Assembly (NCBI GenBank): GCA_041665365.1
Contig: JBAYIY010000002.1
Span: 66,178-130,177, forward strand
Direction of reading: 5' to 3'
From: Patescibacteria group bacterium
Lineage (GTDB): Bacteria > Patescibacteriota > Patescibacteriia > UBA9570
Length of the DNA stretch: 64,000 bases
Part shown: in pieces, positions 9,514 through 18,201 of the stretch
Position numbering within the stretch: the first letter of the stretch is position 1
Layout: each line of letters opens with the position of its first letter
Position numbers and translations under genes: made by a program
Notes under the pieces: generated by a model
Told to the model about the DNA's origin: nothing
What the model saw: only the letters and a program-made list of their open reading frames with translations
Databases searched by the model: none

Positions 9514-10205
9514 ACGATTAGTATATCACTATATTGCTTAGGTTGTTGCACGGTGACATTATTTTGTTTCATTAGTTCCAAAATAGCCAAAAAAGTTATA
9601 ACAACATTCATGCGATCTTTATTATCTTGAATCAGATCGGAAAACTGAAGTTGCTTGTGTTGTTGCAAAACTGAGTAAAGCGTAGCAATTTTTTCTTTTA
9701 AGGTGATCGCTTTCCGGATGGCCGCTTGGGGTATTTTGATGACAGTATCTAAGCGCGCTAACACACCTTCATAAAGTTCATATAAATGATGAGTGGCAAT
9801 GCCAGCTGGCGGATTAAATTCTACAGTATCCAACCGCGCTAAACTAACCGGCCGCACACAGGCATATTGACCGTGCGCTAAACGATCTTCCAACACGCTA
9901 CTGGCATCCCGAAACTCTTTATACATTTTTAGATGTTCCGCCAAATTGGTGGCCGGTTCATCATCTTCAGTAATTAAATAGGGTAACAACTCACGAGATT
10001 TTAAATACAATAATCTGGTAGCGATTACTAAAAAATCCGCCAACTCTTCGGGAAATAATTCCTCGACCGTATCAAGATAAACTATAAAAGAATCGGTAAT
10101 CTGCGCTAAGGCAATGTCAGTAATCGATAACTGCTCCTGTTCAATAAATTGTAACAAGACATCAAGTGGGCCTTGATATTGTGCAAGCTTAATCTCGTAT
10201 GACAT
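9504..10205 (-). CDS. scpA: Segregation and condensation protein A
   Basis: YQGPLDVLLQFIEQEQLSITDIALAQITDSF is the ScpA N-terminal signature. Confidence 0.8.
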   Translation of the reverse strand: MSYEIKLAQYQGPLDVLLQFIEQEQLSITDIALAQITDSFIVYLDTVEELFPEELADFLVIATRLLYLKSRELLPYLITEDDEPATNLAEHLKMYKEFRDASSVLEDRLAHGQYACVRPVSLARLDTVEFNPPAGIATHHLYELYEGVLARLDTVIKIPQAAIRKAITLKEKIATLYSVLQQHKQLQFSDLIQDNKDRMNVVITFLAILELMKQNNVTVQQPKQYSDILIVCN

Positions 10206-11580
10206 TGAGATGTAACTCTTTTAATTGTTCTTCCGATATGGGGGCAGGAGCCGACATCACAGCTGTTTGACCATGAGTAGTCATAGGAAAGGCCTGTACT
10301 TCTCTAAGATAATCTTCCCCGGTTAGATTCATCAACATGCGCTCTACTCCTAAACCGATGCCACCATGGGGTGGAAAACCATATTTAAAAGCCTCTAACA
10401 TGTGGCCAATACTCGCTTCAATTTCGGCATCAGTGTAGCCCATTACTTTATAAGTGGCGCGTAAAATTTCCGGTTGATGGGCGCGAATACTACCACCACC
10501 GGCTTCATAGCCATTACAAACTAAATCATATTGCTGAGTAATAATCTGCTCAATGTTTTTACCCTGTAATAGCCACTCTAAATGTTCTGGTTTCGGCATG
10601 GAGAAAGGATTATGCGTGAACGTCCATTTACCATCGTCGGTCTTTTCAAAGAATGGGAATTCGATCACCCAAGCAAAGGCTAATACACCATTGGCTTTAT
10701 CTTCCGCATCGCGCAAATCAAACTTGTCGGCCCCATACTTGGCCATCGATTCTTGATAAGTCACCCGTGGAAATGGTTTTTGTTTGATCGTAAAACCAAG
10801 CGCCTCAACGGCTGAAGTTACCATACCTTCCACTAAATCCAACACATCATTATATTCCACAAAGGCCATTTCAAGATCTAATTGAGTATGTTCATAACCA
10901 CGATCGGCGCGCAAATCTTCATCACGAATACAGCGCGCTAATTGAAAGTATCTTTCAAACCCACTTCCGACTAACAATTGTTTATATTGTTGCGGTGATT
11001 GCGGCAAAGCATAAAACGAACCGGGGTGTTGGCGGGATGGTACCAAAAAATCCCGTGAGCCTTCCGGGGTGGATTTCGTTAATAAAGGCGTTTCAATTTC
11101 TATAAAACCACTGGCATACAGATACTCACGTGCTTTTTGTACATACTGGCTGCGCAAAGTTATATTGCGATGCATGCGCTCACTGCGTAAATCAAGATAA
11201 CGATGCTTTAAGCGTAAATCCTCCCCCACTTCACTGGTATTTTTATTCACTTCAAACGGTGGCAGTGTGGCGGCACTAATGATGTCTAATTCTAACGCTT
11301 CGATTTCAAAACTGCCACACGGTTGGTCAGCCTTCACTTGTTTAGCTGGCCGTGCGTTAACTTTACCAACAATGGTAACAACATCTTCATGATTCAAATT
11401 ACCCGCTACAGTTAGGGCTTCGACATGATTGGTTAAAAACACTACCTGACAAATACCGGTTTGATCGCGTAAATCAATAAACACCATCTTACCCATGTTG
11501 CGCCGCCGGTGCACCCACCCCTGCAGGCGTACTTCCTCCCCAATTTTTTTGGCCGCCTCAATAATCCAGGTTCGTTGCAT
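10189..11580 (-). CDS. aspS: Aspartyl-tRNA synthetase, bacterial type but short (463 aa) and apparently lacking the GAD insertion domain
   Basis: Class IIb motifs are present. FQLARCIRDEDLRADRG matches bacterial AspRS motif 2, and GGGSIR is present. Confidence 0.75.
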   Translation of the reverse strand: MQRTWIIEAAKKIGEEVRLQGWVHRRRNMGKMVFIDLRDQTGICQVVFLTNHVEALTVAGNLNHEDVVTIVGKVNARPAKQVKADQPCGSFEIEALELDIISAATLPPFEVNKNTSEVGEDLRLKHRYLDLRSERMHRNITLRSQYVQKAREYLYASGFIEIETPLLTKSTPEGSRDFLVPSRQHPGSFYALPQSPQQYKQLLVGSGFERYFQLARCIRDEDLRADRGYEHTQLDLEMAFVEYNDVLDLVEGMVTSAVEALGFTIKQKPFPRVTYQESMAKYGADKFDLRDAEDKANGVLAFAWVIEFPFFEKTDDGKWTFTHNPFSMPKPEHLEWLLQGKNIEQIITQQYDLVCNGYEAGGGSIRAHQPEILRATYKVMGYTDAEIEASIGHMLEAFKYGFPPHGGIGLGVERMLMNLTGEDYLREVQAFPMTTHGQTAVMSAPAPISEEQLKELHLNVIRD

Positions 11581-11584
11581 GATC

Positions 11585-12880
11585 TTATGGATAAATCCGA
11601 TTAATCATTCTTGGGAATGGAATGGTTTCGCGAATGTGTTTGGTGCCAGAGAGCCAGCCGGTGATGCGCTCTAAACCGTAACCAAAACCGGAATGTGGGA
11701 CAGAGCCATAGCGACGTAAATCTAGATACCACTCATACTCTGCACGGGGTAATTTATATTCATCTAATTTTTTGGAGAGTAAATCATAATCATGAATGCG
11801 TTGTGAACCACCGATAATTTCACCATAACCTTCTGGAGCTAATAAATCCGAACACAACACATGGGCTGCATCAGTTGGATCGGGTTGCATATAGAAGGCT
11901 TTTACTTTGGCTGGGTACTTCATCACAAACACTGGTGCATCGTGTTGACTGGTAATCATGGTTTCATCATCGGCCCCCATATCATCGTCTTCTTTGATAT
12001 CACTACCCAGTTTGCGTAATTCTTTGACAGCATCACTGTGGGTGATTCTAACAAACGGTTTCTCTAATACAGTTTGTAGAGGTTTAATATCTCGTTCTAA
12101 CACGGTTAGTTCATACTGATTATGTTCTAACACATATTTCACAATGGCTTTAATCAACTTTTCTTGAATATCCATGTTGCCGATATAATCTACAAAAGCC
12201 ATTTCGGCATCCATCATCCAGAACTCAGTCAGATGGCGTCTGGTTTTGGATTTCTCAGCGCGAAACACTGGGCCAAAATCGAACACGCGACCATGGGAAA
12301 AAATTGCCGCTTCAATGTAAAGTTGACCAGATTGCGTTAAATAAGCTTTACCCAGATCAAAATAGTCCATTTGAAACAATTCAGTCACACTCTCACACGA
12401 ATTTGGTGTTAAAATTGGTGAGTCTATTTTTATAAAGTTTTCATTATTGAGATGCTGGTAAGTAGCATTGATAACTGAATTACGAATGCGCTGAATCGCC
12501 CACTGCTTCGGTGACCGCAACCATAAGTGCCGGTGTTCTAACAAAAAATCCGGACCGTGTTCTTTATTGCCAATGGGGTACTCTGCAATTGGGTTTTGAA
12601 TGACCGCAACTGTACTAACCTGTAATTCATACTCCTCTTTTTTCGGATGTTTAGAAACCTTACCAATGAGTGTAACTGAAGATTCAACATTTAAACTATT
12701 CGCCGCTGCCCATACTTCAGCCGACACAGTGGCTTGATTAACAATGGCTTGCGTAAACCCACTGCCATCGCGCATCTGTAAAAACATGATTTTTCCAGAC
12801 GACCGTAAATTATATACCCAACCTTGCATTGTCACCTCGGCATCAACCTGGGTGGCAAAATCTTTAATAAGTGTAGTCAT
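11585..12880 (-). CDS. asnS: Asparaginyl-tRNA synthetase (class IIb); an archaeal-type AspRS is less likely
   Basis: FRAEKSKTRRHLTEFWMMDAEMAF together with the C-terminal IPFPR match AsnRS more closely than AspRS. Confidence 0.65.
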   Translation of the reverse strand: MTTLIKDFATQVDAEVTMQGWVYNLRSSGKIMFLQMRDGSGFTQAIVNQATVSAEVWAAANSLNVESSVTLIGKVSKHPKKEEYELQVSTVAVIQNPIAEYPIGNKEHGPDFLLEHRHLWLRSPKQWAIQRIRNSVINATYQHLNNENFIKIDSPILTPNSCESVTELFQMDYFDLGKAYLTQSGQLYIEAAIFSHGRVFDFGPVFRAEKSKTRRHLTEFWMMDAEMAFVDYIGNMDIQEKLIKAIVKYVLEHNQYELTVLERDIKPLQTVLEKPFVRITHSDAVKELRKLGSDIKEDDDMGADDETMITSQHDAPVFVMKYPAKVKAFYMQPDPTDAAHVLCSDLLAPEGYGEIIGGSQRIHDYDLLSKKLDEYKLPRAEYEWYLDLRRYGSVPHSGFGYGLERITGWLSGTKHIRETIPFPRMINRIYP

Positions 12881-12901
12881 AGTGGCCAGTAGTATAGCAA
12901 A

Positions 12902-15562
12902 CTATACCGTTTTGGCTACTCGCAGAAAACAGTACTTACTGACCTCAATAATAACCAATTCCACCACAATTAGAGCCATAACAATCCCCCAAGCCTGATA
13001 ATCCAGAGCTTTAGTGCCAAAATAGACCTGTAGAACCGGCACATAGATCGGCAAAGCTTGAGCTATCACTCCCACACAAAACGATACAATTAACCATGGA
13101 TTGCGCAGCAGATTGGTTTGATAAATCATGTGTCGCAGTGAGCGCAAACTGAACATAAATAATAAAGAATCTATCCCCATCGATAAGAAAATAACCGTAC
13201 GCGCATAAGCTAGATCATTGGTTAGATGATACATATAAGCAAACAAAGCCACATTAAATAATCCGGTGATCAAACTAACCACTACGATTAATGTTTTAAC
13301 TTCGGTATCAAGAATGGTATTGTGATGCCCACGTGGTTGCTCTAACATGTTTTGCGGTTCTTTTGGTTCCTGTGTCATGGCTAAACTCGGAAAAGAATCA
13401 TTTACAATATTGATCCATAAAATCATCGCGGCCGTCACTGGCACGGGCAGACCAATTAACAAAGTAACTACCAACAACAACACCTCCGTAAAACTGTCTG
13501 ATAATAAATACAAGACGGTTATTTTAATGTTATCAAAAATACCTCTACCCTCTTCGACAGCCGCTACGATGCTACTAAAGTCATCATCTAAAATAACCAT
13601 ATCAGCGGTTTCTTTAGCCACATCAGAACCAGACCCAAGGGCGACTCCAATATCGGCGGCTTTAATGGCTGGAGCATCATTAATGCCATCTCCCGTCATG
13701 GCTACCACCATGTCATGGCTCTGCCAGGCTTGCACGATGCGCAATTTGTGTTGTGGTGTGACCCGGGCATACACATTAACATTGGTGACACGTTGTTTTA
13801 ATTCATACTGTGATAAGGCATCTAACTCCTTACCTTCCATTATATTTTCCGGCTGGCTAACAGCGATGCCTAATTCTTCCGCGACGGCTTTGGCGGTTAA
13901 TTTATGATCACCGGTAATCATCACTAGTTTTATTCCGGCTTGTTTACATTCGGCCACAGTTTGTTTCGCCGTTGGGCGCAGCGGATCTTTAATACCAATA
14001 TAACCCACAAACACCAATTCACTCATCATGTCTGGTGTGATGCTTTTAGCATGACTAGCACAGGGTTTGTAAGCTAAGGCGATAATTCTAAGACCACGCA
14101 CCGATAAGCTTCGAAATTTTGCATCAAATTGCTTCTTTTTTTCTTCAGAGAAATGCATAATCTTTCCGCCATCTAATACTTGTGTACAATTTGCCTCAAT
14201 CACTTCTGGAGCTCCTTTCACATATAACATTCTCCCCTGCGCTTCTCTGTGTAGTGAGGCCATGTATTTAATACTGGAATCAAATGGTATTGTATCAACT
14301 CTTGGCGCCATTTTTTGCAGTTGTTGATAATGTAAACCCGCTTGTGTACCGGCCAATAATAAAGCCCGCTCGGTTAAGTTGCCAGATATCACCCACTCCT
14401 CCACCATATCATCCGGGTTATTTACCATCGCGTCATTACAGAGTACACCCAGGCGCAAAGCAAACATGGTGTCTTTATCAGAATCTGAGGTGAGAATATC
14501 GGTTACTTGCATTTTACCTTCGGTGAGTGTGCCAGTTTTATCCGTACAAATAACATTAGTGGAGCCTAACGTTTCTGCCGCTACTAGTTTTCTAACTAAG
14601 GCTTTACGTTTTAAAATGCGTTGCATCCCGGCCGCTAGAATAATTGTTACCGCAATCGCCAAACCTTCCGGAATCGCCGAGACCGCCACCGCTACAGCCA
14701 CCGTAAACATCTCCACTACACTGTGTAAAACAAAATAACCAAACAAAAATATACCCACAGCGATTAATACCACCATAATGCTCATTTTTTTGGCAAAACC
14801 AGCTAGTTGTAATTGTAATGGTGTCGCATTTTCGTCAGTCTCTTTAATCAATCTGGCTACACCACCCATTTCTGTGTCTAAGCCAGTGTGTACTACCACA
14901 CCACGCGCCGACCCTTTAGTTACAACCGTGCCAGAAAACGCCATGTTCAGACGATCCCCTACAGTAGCATCAGCTTCTAAAATGGCAGTGTGATCTTTTT
15001 TTATTGGTTCGGCTTCACCGGTTAAGGCCGCTTCATTTATTTCAATATCGTCGTGTTCTAATAACCGTACATCGGCTGGCACTTTGTCTCCGGCTGTTAG
15101 TAACACAATATCGCCTGGTACTAATTCCTGTGCGGCCATAACTTGTTCATGACCATCGCGCCACACACGCGCGGATAAAGCAATGACCTGTTGTAAAGCT
15201 TGCAGGCTTGTCTGGGCTTTATATTCCTGAATAAAACCCACGATCACCTGAATGGCTACCGCCGCCGCAATTACCACCGCATCAACTTGTTCGTTTAATA
15301 ACAAGCTAATCAAAGATGCTCCCAACAAAACAAATACCAACGGGCTCTTAAACTGCTCACCTAACACCTCCCACCAATGTTTTAATTTAGCCATTGGTAG
15401 AGTATTAGCTCCAGCCTGGCTGAGACGCAGATTAGCTTGCTTGGTGGTTAAACCAGCCTGGCTCGCCTCAACTGCGGCCAGGGCTTGTTTGACGGTTAAA
15501 GTATAAAATAATTTAGAACCAGCCATGAATGACTCCCACCACAAATAATATAATGCCGCCAA
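12902..15562 (-). CDS. Cation-transporting P-type ATPase (type IIA, Ca2+/Mg2+ family)
   Basis: Contains CTDKTGTLTEGKM (the DKTGT phosphorylation site), TGDGINDAPAIKAADIG and a PEGL motif, with about 10 TM segments. The track start MAALYY may really be MAGSKL at 15526. Confidence 0.9.
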   Translation of the reverse strand: MAALYYLWWESFMAGSKLFYTLTVKQALAAVEASQAGLTTKQANLRLSQAGANTLPMAKLKHWWEVLGEQFKSPLVFVLLGASLISLLLNEQVDAVVIAAAVAIQVIVGFIQEYKAQTSLQALQQVIALSARVWRDGHEQVMAAQELVPGDIVLLTAGDKVPADVRLLEHDDIEINEAALTGEAEPIKKDHTAILEADATVGDRLNMAFSGTVVTKGSARGVVVHTGLDTEMGGVARLIKETDENATPLQLQLAGFAKKMSIMVVLIAVGIFLFGYFVLHSVVEMFTVAVAVAVSAIPEGLAIAVTIILAAGMQRILKRKALVRKLVAAETLGSTNVICTDKTGTLTEGKMQVTDILTSDSDKDTMFALRLGVLCNDAMVNNPDDMVEEWVISGNLTERALLLAGTQAGLHYQQLQKMAPRVDTIPFDSSIKYMASLHREAQGRMLYVKGAPEVIEANCTQVLDGGKIMHFSEEKKKQFDAKFRSLSVRGLRIIALAYKPCASHAKSITPDMMSELVFVGYIGIKDPLRPTAKQTVAECKQAGIKLVMITGDHKLTAKAVAEELGIAVSQPENIMEGKELDALSQYELKQRVTNVNVYARVTPQHKLRIVQAWQSHDMVVAMTGDGINDAPAIKAADIGVALGSGSDVAKETADMVILDDDFSSIVAAVEEGRGIFDNIKITVLYLLSDSFTEVLLLVVTLLIGLPVPVTAAMILWINIVNDSFPSLAMTQEPKEPQNMLEQPRGHHNTILDTEVKTLIVVVSLITGLFNVALFAYMYHLTNDLAYARTVIFLSMGIDSLLFMFSLRSLRHMIYQTNLLRNPWLIVSFCVGVIAQALPIYVPVLQVYFGTKALDYQAWGIVMALIVVELVIIEVSKYCFLRVAKTV

Positions 15563-15716
15563 AGGCTAAGACAAAACAACCCACTATACAGGCTAACCAA
15601 ATATAATAAGCCTGTCCGACTTTAGCTAAATACAAACTTGGCGTTTCCACTAATGGATTATGCGCAAACGGCCGCTTTAACCACTTAATAATAGTTGTTT
15701 TCAAGAAACTAAGCAT
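15513..15716 (-). CDS. Small two-TM membrane protein of unknown function, overlapping the P-type ATPase start
   Basis: 67-aa ORF with two hydrophobic helices. Its 3' end overlaps the 5' end of the ATPase gene. Confidence 0.4.
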   Translation of the reverse strand: MLSFLKTTIIKWLKRPFAHNPLVETPSLYLAKVGQAYYIWLACIVGCFVLAFGGIILFVVGVIHGWF

Positions 15717-15768
15717 GAAGACAGTATAGCATTTTTTTTATAAGGCTACACTTTTGACTTCGGGTGAT

Positions 15769-16908
15769 TTATTTTTTGCCCTGAAAGCGCTCTGTGTTGC
15801 TTTGTCTAATTTTATCAATACGCTGCTTAATAAATGGATATTGCTCATAACGAACCATAACAATATTAAGACTAGCATCCAATATCTCTGGGCTCAGAGG
15901 AGGGTTAATAGAATCCACCGCTACCTCCAATGCCGTTAAATGTTTTTCCAAACTTGGCTCAAGCGGATTGAATTCATTGATTTTATCACTAATGTTCATC
16001 ATATCTGTCATTATTTTGGCCGACAAATATCGCACGTTACTATTTTTTTGTTCATTGGCCAAGTCTAATCGACCAGTTTCCTCAAAATATTTCACTGCGA
16101 TCGAACCGTTGTCTTCCGTGTGAACAGTGCCAAAACTAGTTTCAAAAGAATCACCAATTGAAGCTTCACCTTTATAATATTTTCCTAAAGCAACACCTAA
16201 TACTTCTGTTTGCTTGGAGAAAAAAACACGTTCCTTATTATCACTAACTACTTCATACATCCAACCACTTAAATGATATAAATTTATAATCGTTAATAAA
16301 CGTGACTGTGACAAATCGTCACCATGAACTGATTTTGGCCGACCACTGTATATATAATCCAATATTTGCTCTGGGGTTTTTTCAGCGAACCTTTGCTTAT
16401 GCAGAAAGTCATTCAACGCTACCATCATGTCACTGTCACCTGTCATACTTGTCAACCAGGACTTATCGACTATGTCTTTACATAAAGCATCAAAATCCTG
16501 TTCAATAAAATTTACTCCACCATCAAACGTTCCTATCAAATGGGTTATATATCGTTCCGCTTTTTCTCTAGGCCATTCTTTTGTCTTCTGTACATCCAAA
16601 ATTTGTATTATTTTCAACCATAAGGAAAATTCCTTATATTTATCTTCATTGTTAAAAGCCACCGCACTATAATATAGAAGATCACCTTGCCCATCTTTCA
16701 TAAAAACTTTTTGCAAACGTTCAGAATCTTCTTTATCAAAAATTTGCTCTAAGTAGTGGTTAATAACTTCTTGTCTTTGTGCTTCTATTCTCTGCACTTC
16801 TTCTCTTGTGACTGGAACTGCATGTATTGGTACCGGATCTACTGCTAACGCATCTGGTTCACCAGCTAAAGCTATACCTATAAGCCCTTTTTTGAATAAT
16901 TCACGCAT
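15769..16908 (-). CDS. Hypothetical protein
   Basis: 379-aa ORF with no recognisable motif. Confidence 0.5.
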   Translation of the reverse strand: MRELFKKGLIGIALAGEPDALAVDPVPIHAVPVTREEVQRIEAQRQEVINHYLEQIFDKEDSERLQKVFMKDGQGDLLYYSAVAFNNEDKYKEFSLWLKIIQILDVQKTKEWPREKAERYITHLIGTFDGGVNFIEQDFDALCKDIVDKSWLTSMTGDSDMMVALNDFLHKQRFAEKTPEQILDYIYSGRPKSVHGDDLSQSRLLTIINLYHLSGWMYEVVSDNKERVFFSKQTEVLGVALGKYYKGEASIGDSFETSFGTVHTEDNGSIAVKYFEETGRLDLANEQKNSNVRYLSAKIMTDMMNISDKINEFNPLEPSLEKHLTALEVAVDSINPPLSPEILDASLNIVMVRYEQYPFIKQRIDKIRQSNTERFQGKK

Positions 16909-16944
16909 ATTGGATACACATTAATCGATAGCTTAATATTAGTC

Positions 16945-17053
16945 TAGTGGGCTTGCCCACCGCAGTCCACCGTCGCCGAAGGCTGTGGCGGACGAAGGTG
17001 GGACGTGCTGGACCATCCTCCGCTACACTGCGGTTGGTAAATTTGAACCAGCG
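16945..17053 (-). repeat. Partial duplicate of the tRNA-Lys 3' portion plus its 52-nt hairpin trailer (distal copy B), carrying a 28-nt insertion in the T-loop
   Basis: 16945-17012 matches 17326-17393 at 67 of 68 positions. After a 28-nt insert (17013-17040), 17041-17053 (ATTTGAACCAGCG) matches the tRNA-Lys T-arm (17393-17405). Confidence 0.8.
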
Positions 17054-17292
17054 CCATGAACCTTGGTTTGTATAAAACGTTTTCCAGAACCTGTTTTAAG
17101 GTATTTTTCAAACTCAGCCGCTTCTAACCGAGTACGAAATGCAGCATAAAATATTAACTCGAATGGTCGACGATATTTTGTGGCTAATTCATAACCTTGA
17201 TTATGCCGTTGTAAACGTTCTTCAATATTATTGGTCATGCCCGTATATAGCATATGATCTTTTAGACTACGCAATACGTAAGTATAATGCAT
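17023..17292 (-). CDS. Small GIY-YIG nuclease family protein (UPF0213-like), paralog of 3984..4220
   Basis: 89 aa: MHYTYVLRSLKDHMLYTGMTNNIEERLQRHNQG contains the GIY-YIG motifs. Its C-terminal codons run into the partial tRNA copy. Confidence 0.75.
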   Translation of the reverse strand: MHYTYVLRSLKDHMLYTGMTNNIEERLQRHNQGYELATKYRRPFELIFYAAFRTRLEAAEFEKYLKTGSGKRFIQTKVHGAGSNLPTAV

Positions 17293-17325
17293 AACAATTT
17301 TTATTCTTAAAAATTCATTGCACTG

Positions 17326-17393
17326 TAGTGGGCTTGCCCACCGCAGTCCACCGTCGCCGAAGGCTGTGGTGGACGAAGGTGGGACGTGCTGGA
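17326..17393 (-). repeat. Proximal copy A: tRNA-Lys 3' acceptor/T-stem plus the 52-nt structured trailer
   Basis: Direct repeat of 16945-17012. The trailer has a 7-bp stem GTCCACC/GGTGGAC enclosing a TTCG tetraloop hairpin, followed by GTGGG-CAAG-CCCAC. Confidence 0.8.
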
Positions 17394-17451
17394 TTTGAAC
17401 CAGCGACCATTTGCTTAAAAGGCAATTGCTCTACCCCTGAGCTAACGTCCC
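17380..17451 (-). tRNA. tRNA-Lys (anticodon TTT)
   Basis: Sense strand GGGACGTTAGCTCAGGGGTAGAGCAATTGCCTTTTAAGCAAATGGTCGCTGGTTCAAATCCAGCACGTCCCA is near-identical in architecture to E. coli tRNA-Lys(UUU). The anticodon loop is CTTTTAA. Confidence 0.85.
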
Positions 17452-17469
17452 GAAAACGTGGCTATTCTA

Positions 17470-18138
17470 TCAACTGGCCTGATCACTGTCAACGCGTTGT
17501 GCCGATGCTTTACTTTGACGATGCATCAGAAAAAATTTTACTCCAGCTGGCAACAGAGAAATAATAATAATGCCAATAACCATTATACTAAAATTTTTCT
17601 GCACAATGGGTATATTTCCAAAAAAGAATCCCCCACCCACCGCGGCTAGAATCCATAAGCCAGAACCAGCTAGCGAATATGCTAAAAATCTATCATAGGA
17701 AAATTTTCCAATCCCAGCTACAAACGGAGCAAAGGTGCGGACAATGGGAATAAATCTGGCAATAATCACCGTTTTTCCACCGTGTCTGCGGTAGAATTCT
17801 TGGGTTTCATGTAAGTGTTTTTCGTTAATCCAACGAATTTTTTTTCCGGAAAACAGACTAGGGCTCAATCTTCGTCCAATCCAATAATTAACATTATCTC
17901 CTAAAAACACCGCCACAAACAATAAGCCAGCTACTAGCCAAATATTTAAATCCCCCCGGGCGGACAGCGCTCCTAAGGTGAATAATAAAGAATCTCCCGG
18001 TAAGAAAGGAGTGACAACTAACCCAGTTTCACAGAACACAACCACAAACACCAAGGCGTAGGTCCAAGCCCCATAATGAGCAATAATAACACTTAATTGT
18101 TCATCAATATGTAAGAAAAATTCAACTATTGTTAACAT
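17470..18138 (-). CDS. DedA/SNARE-associated family membrane protein
   Basis: ETGLVVTPFLPGDSLLF, RFIPIVRTFAP and multiple TM helices are typical of DedA. Confidence 0.8.
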   Translation of the reverse strand: MLTIVEFFLHIDEQLSVIIAHYGAWTYALVFVVVFCETGLVVTPFLPGDSLLFTLGALSARGDLNIWLVAGLLFVAVFLGDNVNYWIGRRLSPSLFSGKKIRWINEKHLHETQEFYRRHGGKTVIIARFIPIVRTFAPFVAGIGKFSYDRFLAYSLAGSGLWILAAVGGGFFFGNIPIVQKNFSIMVIGIIIISLLPAGVKFFLMHRQSKASAQRVDSDQAS

Positions 18139-18201
18139 AGCCTGTCAATTGTACAGCAGAATTGACTTCCGTCAAAACGTGCGTATACTATATCTCCACC
18201 T

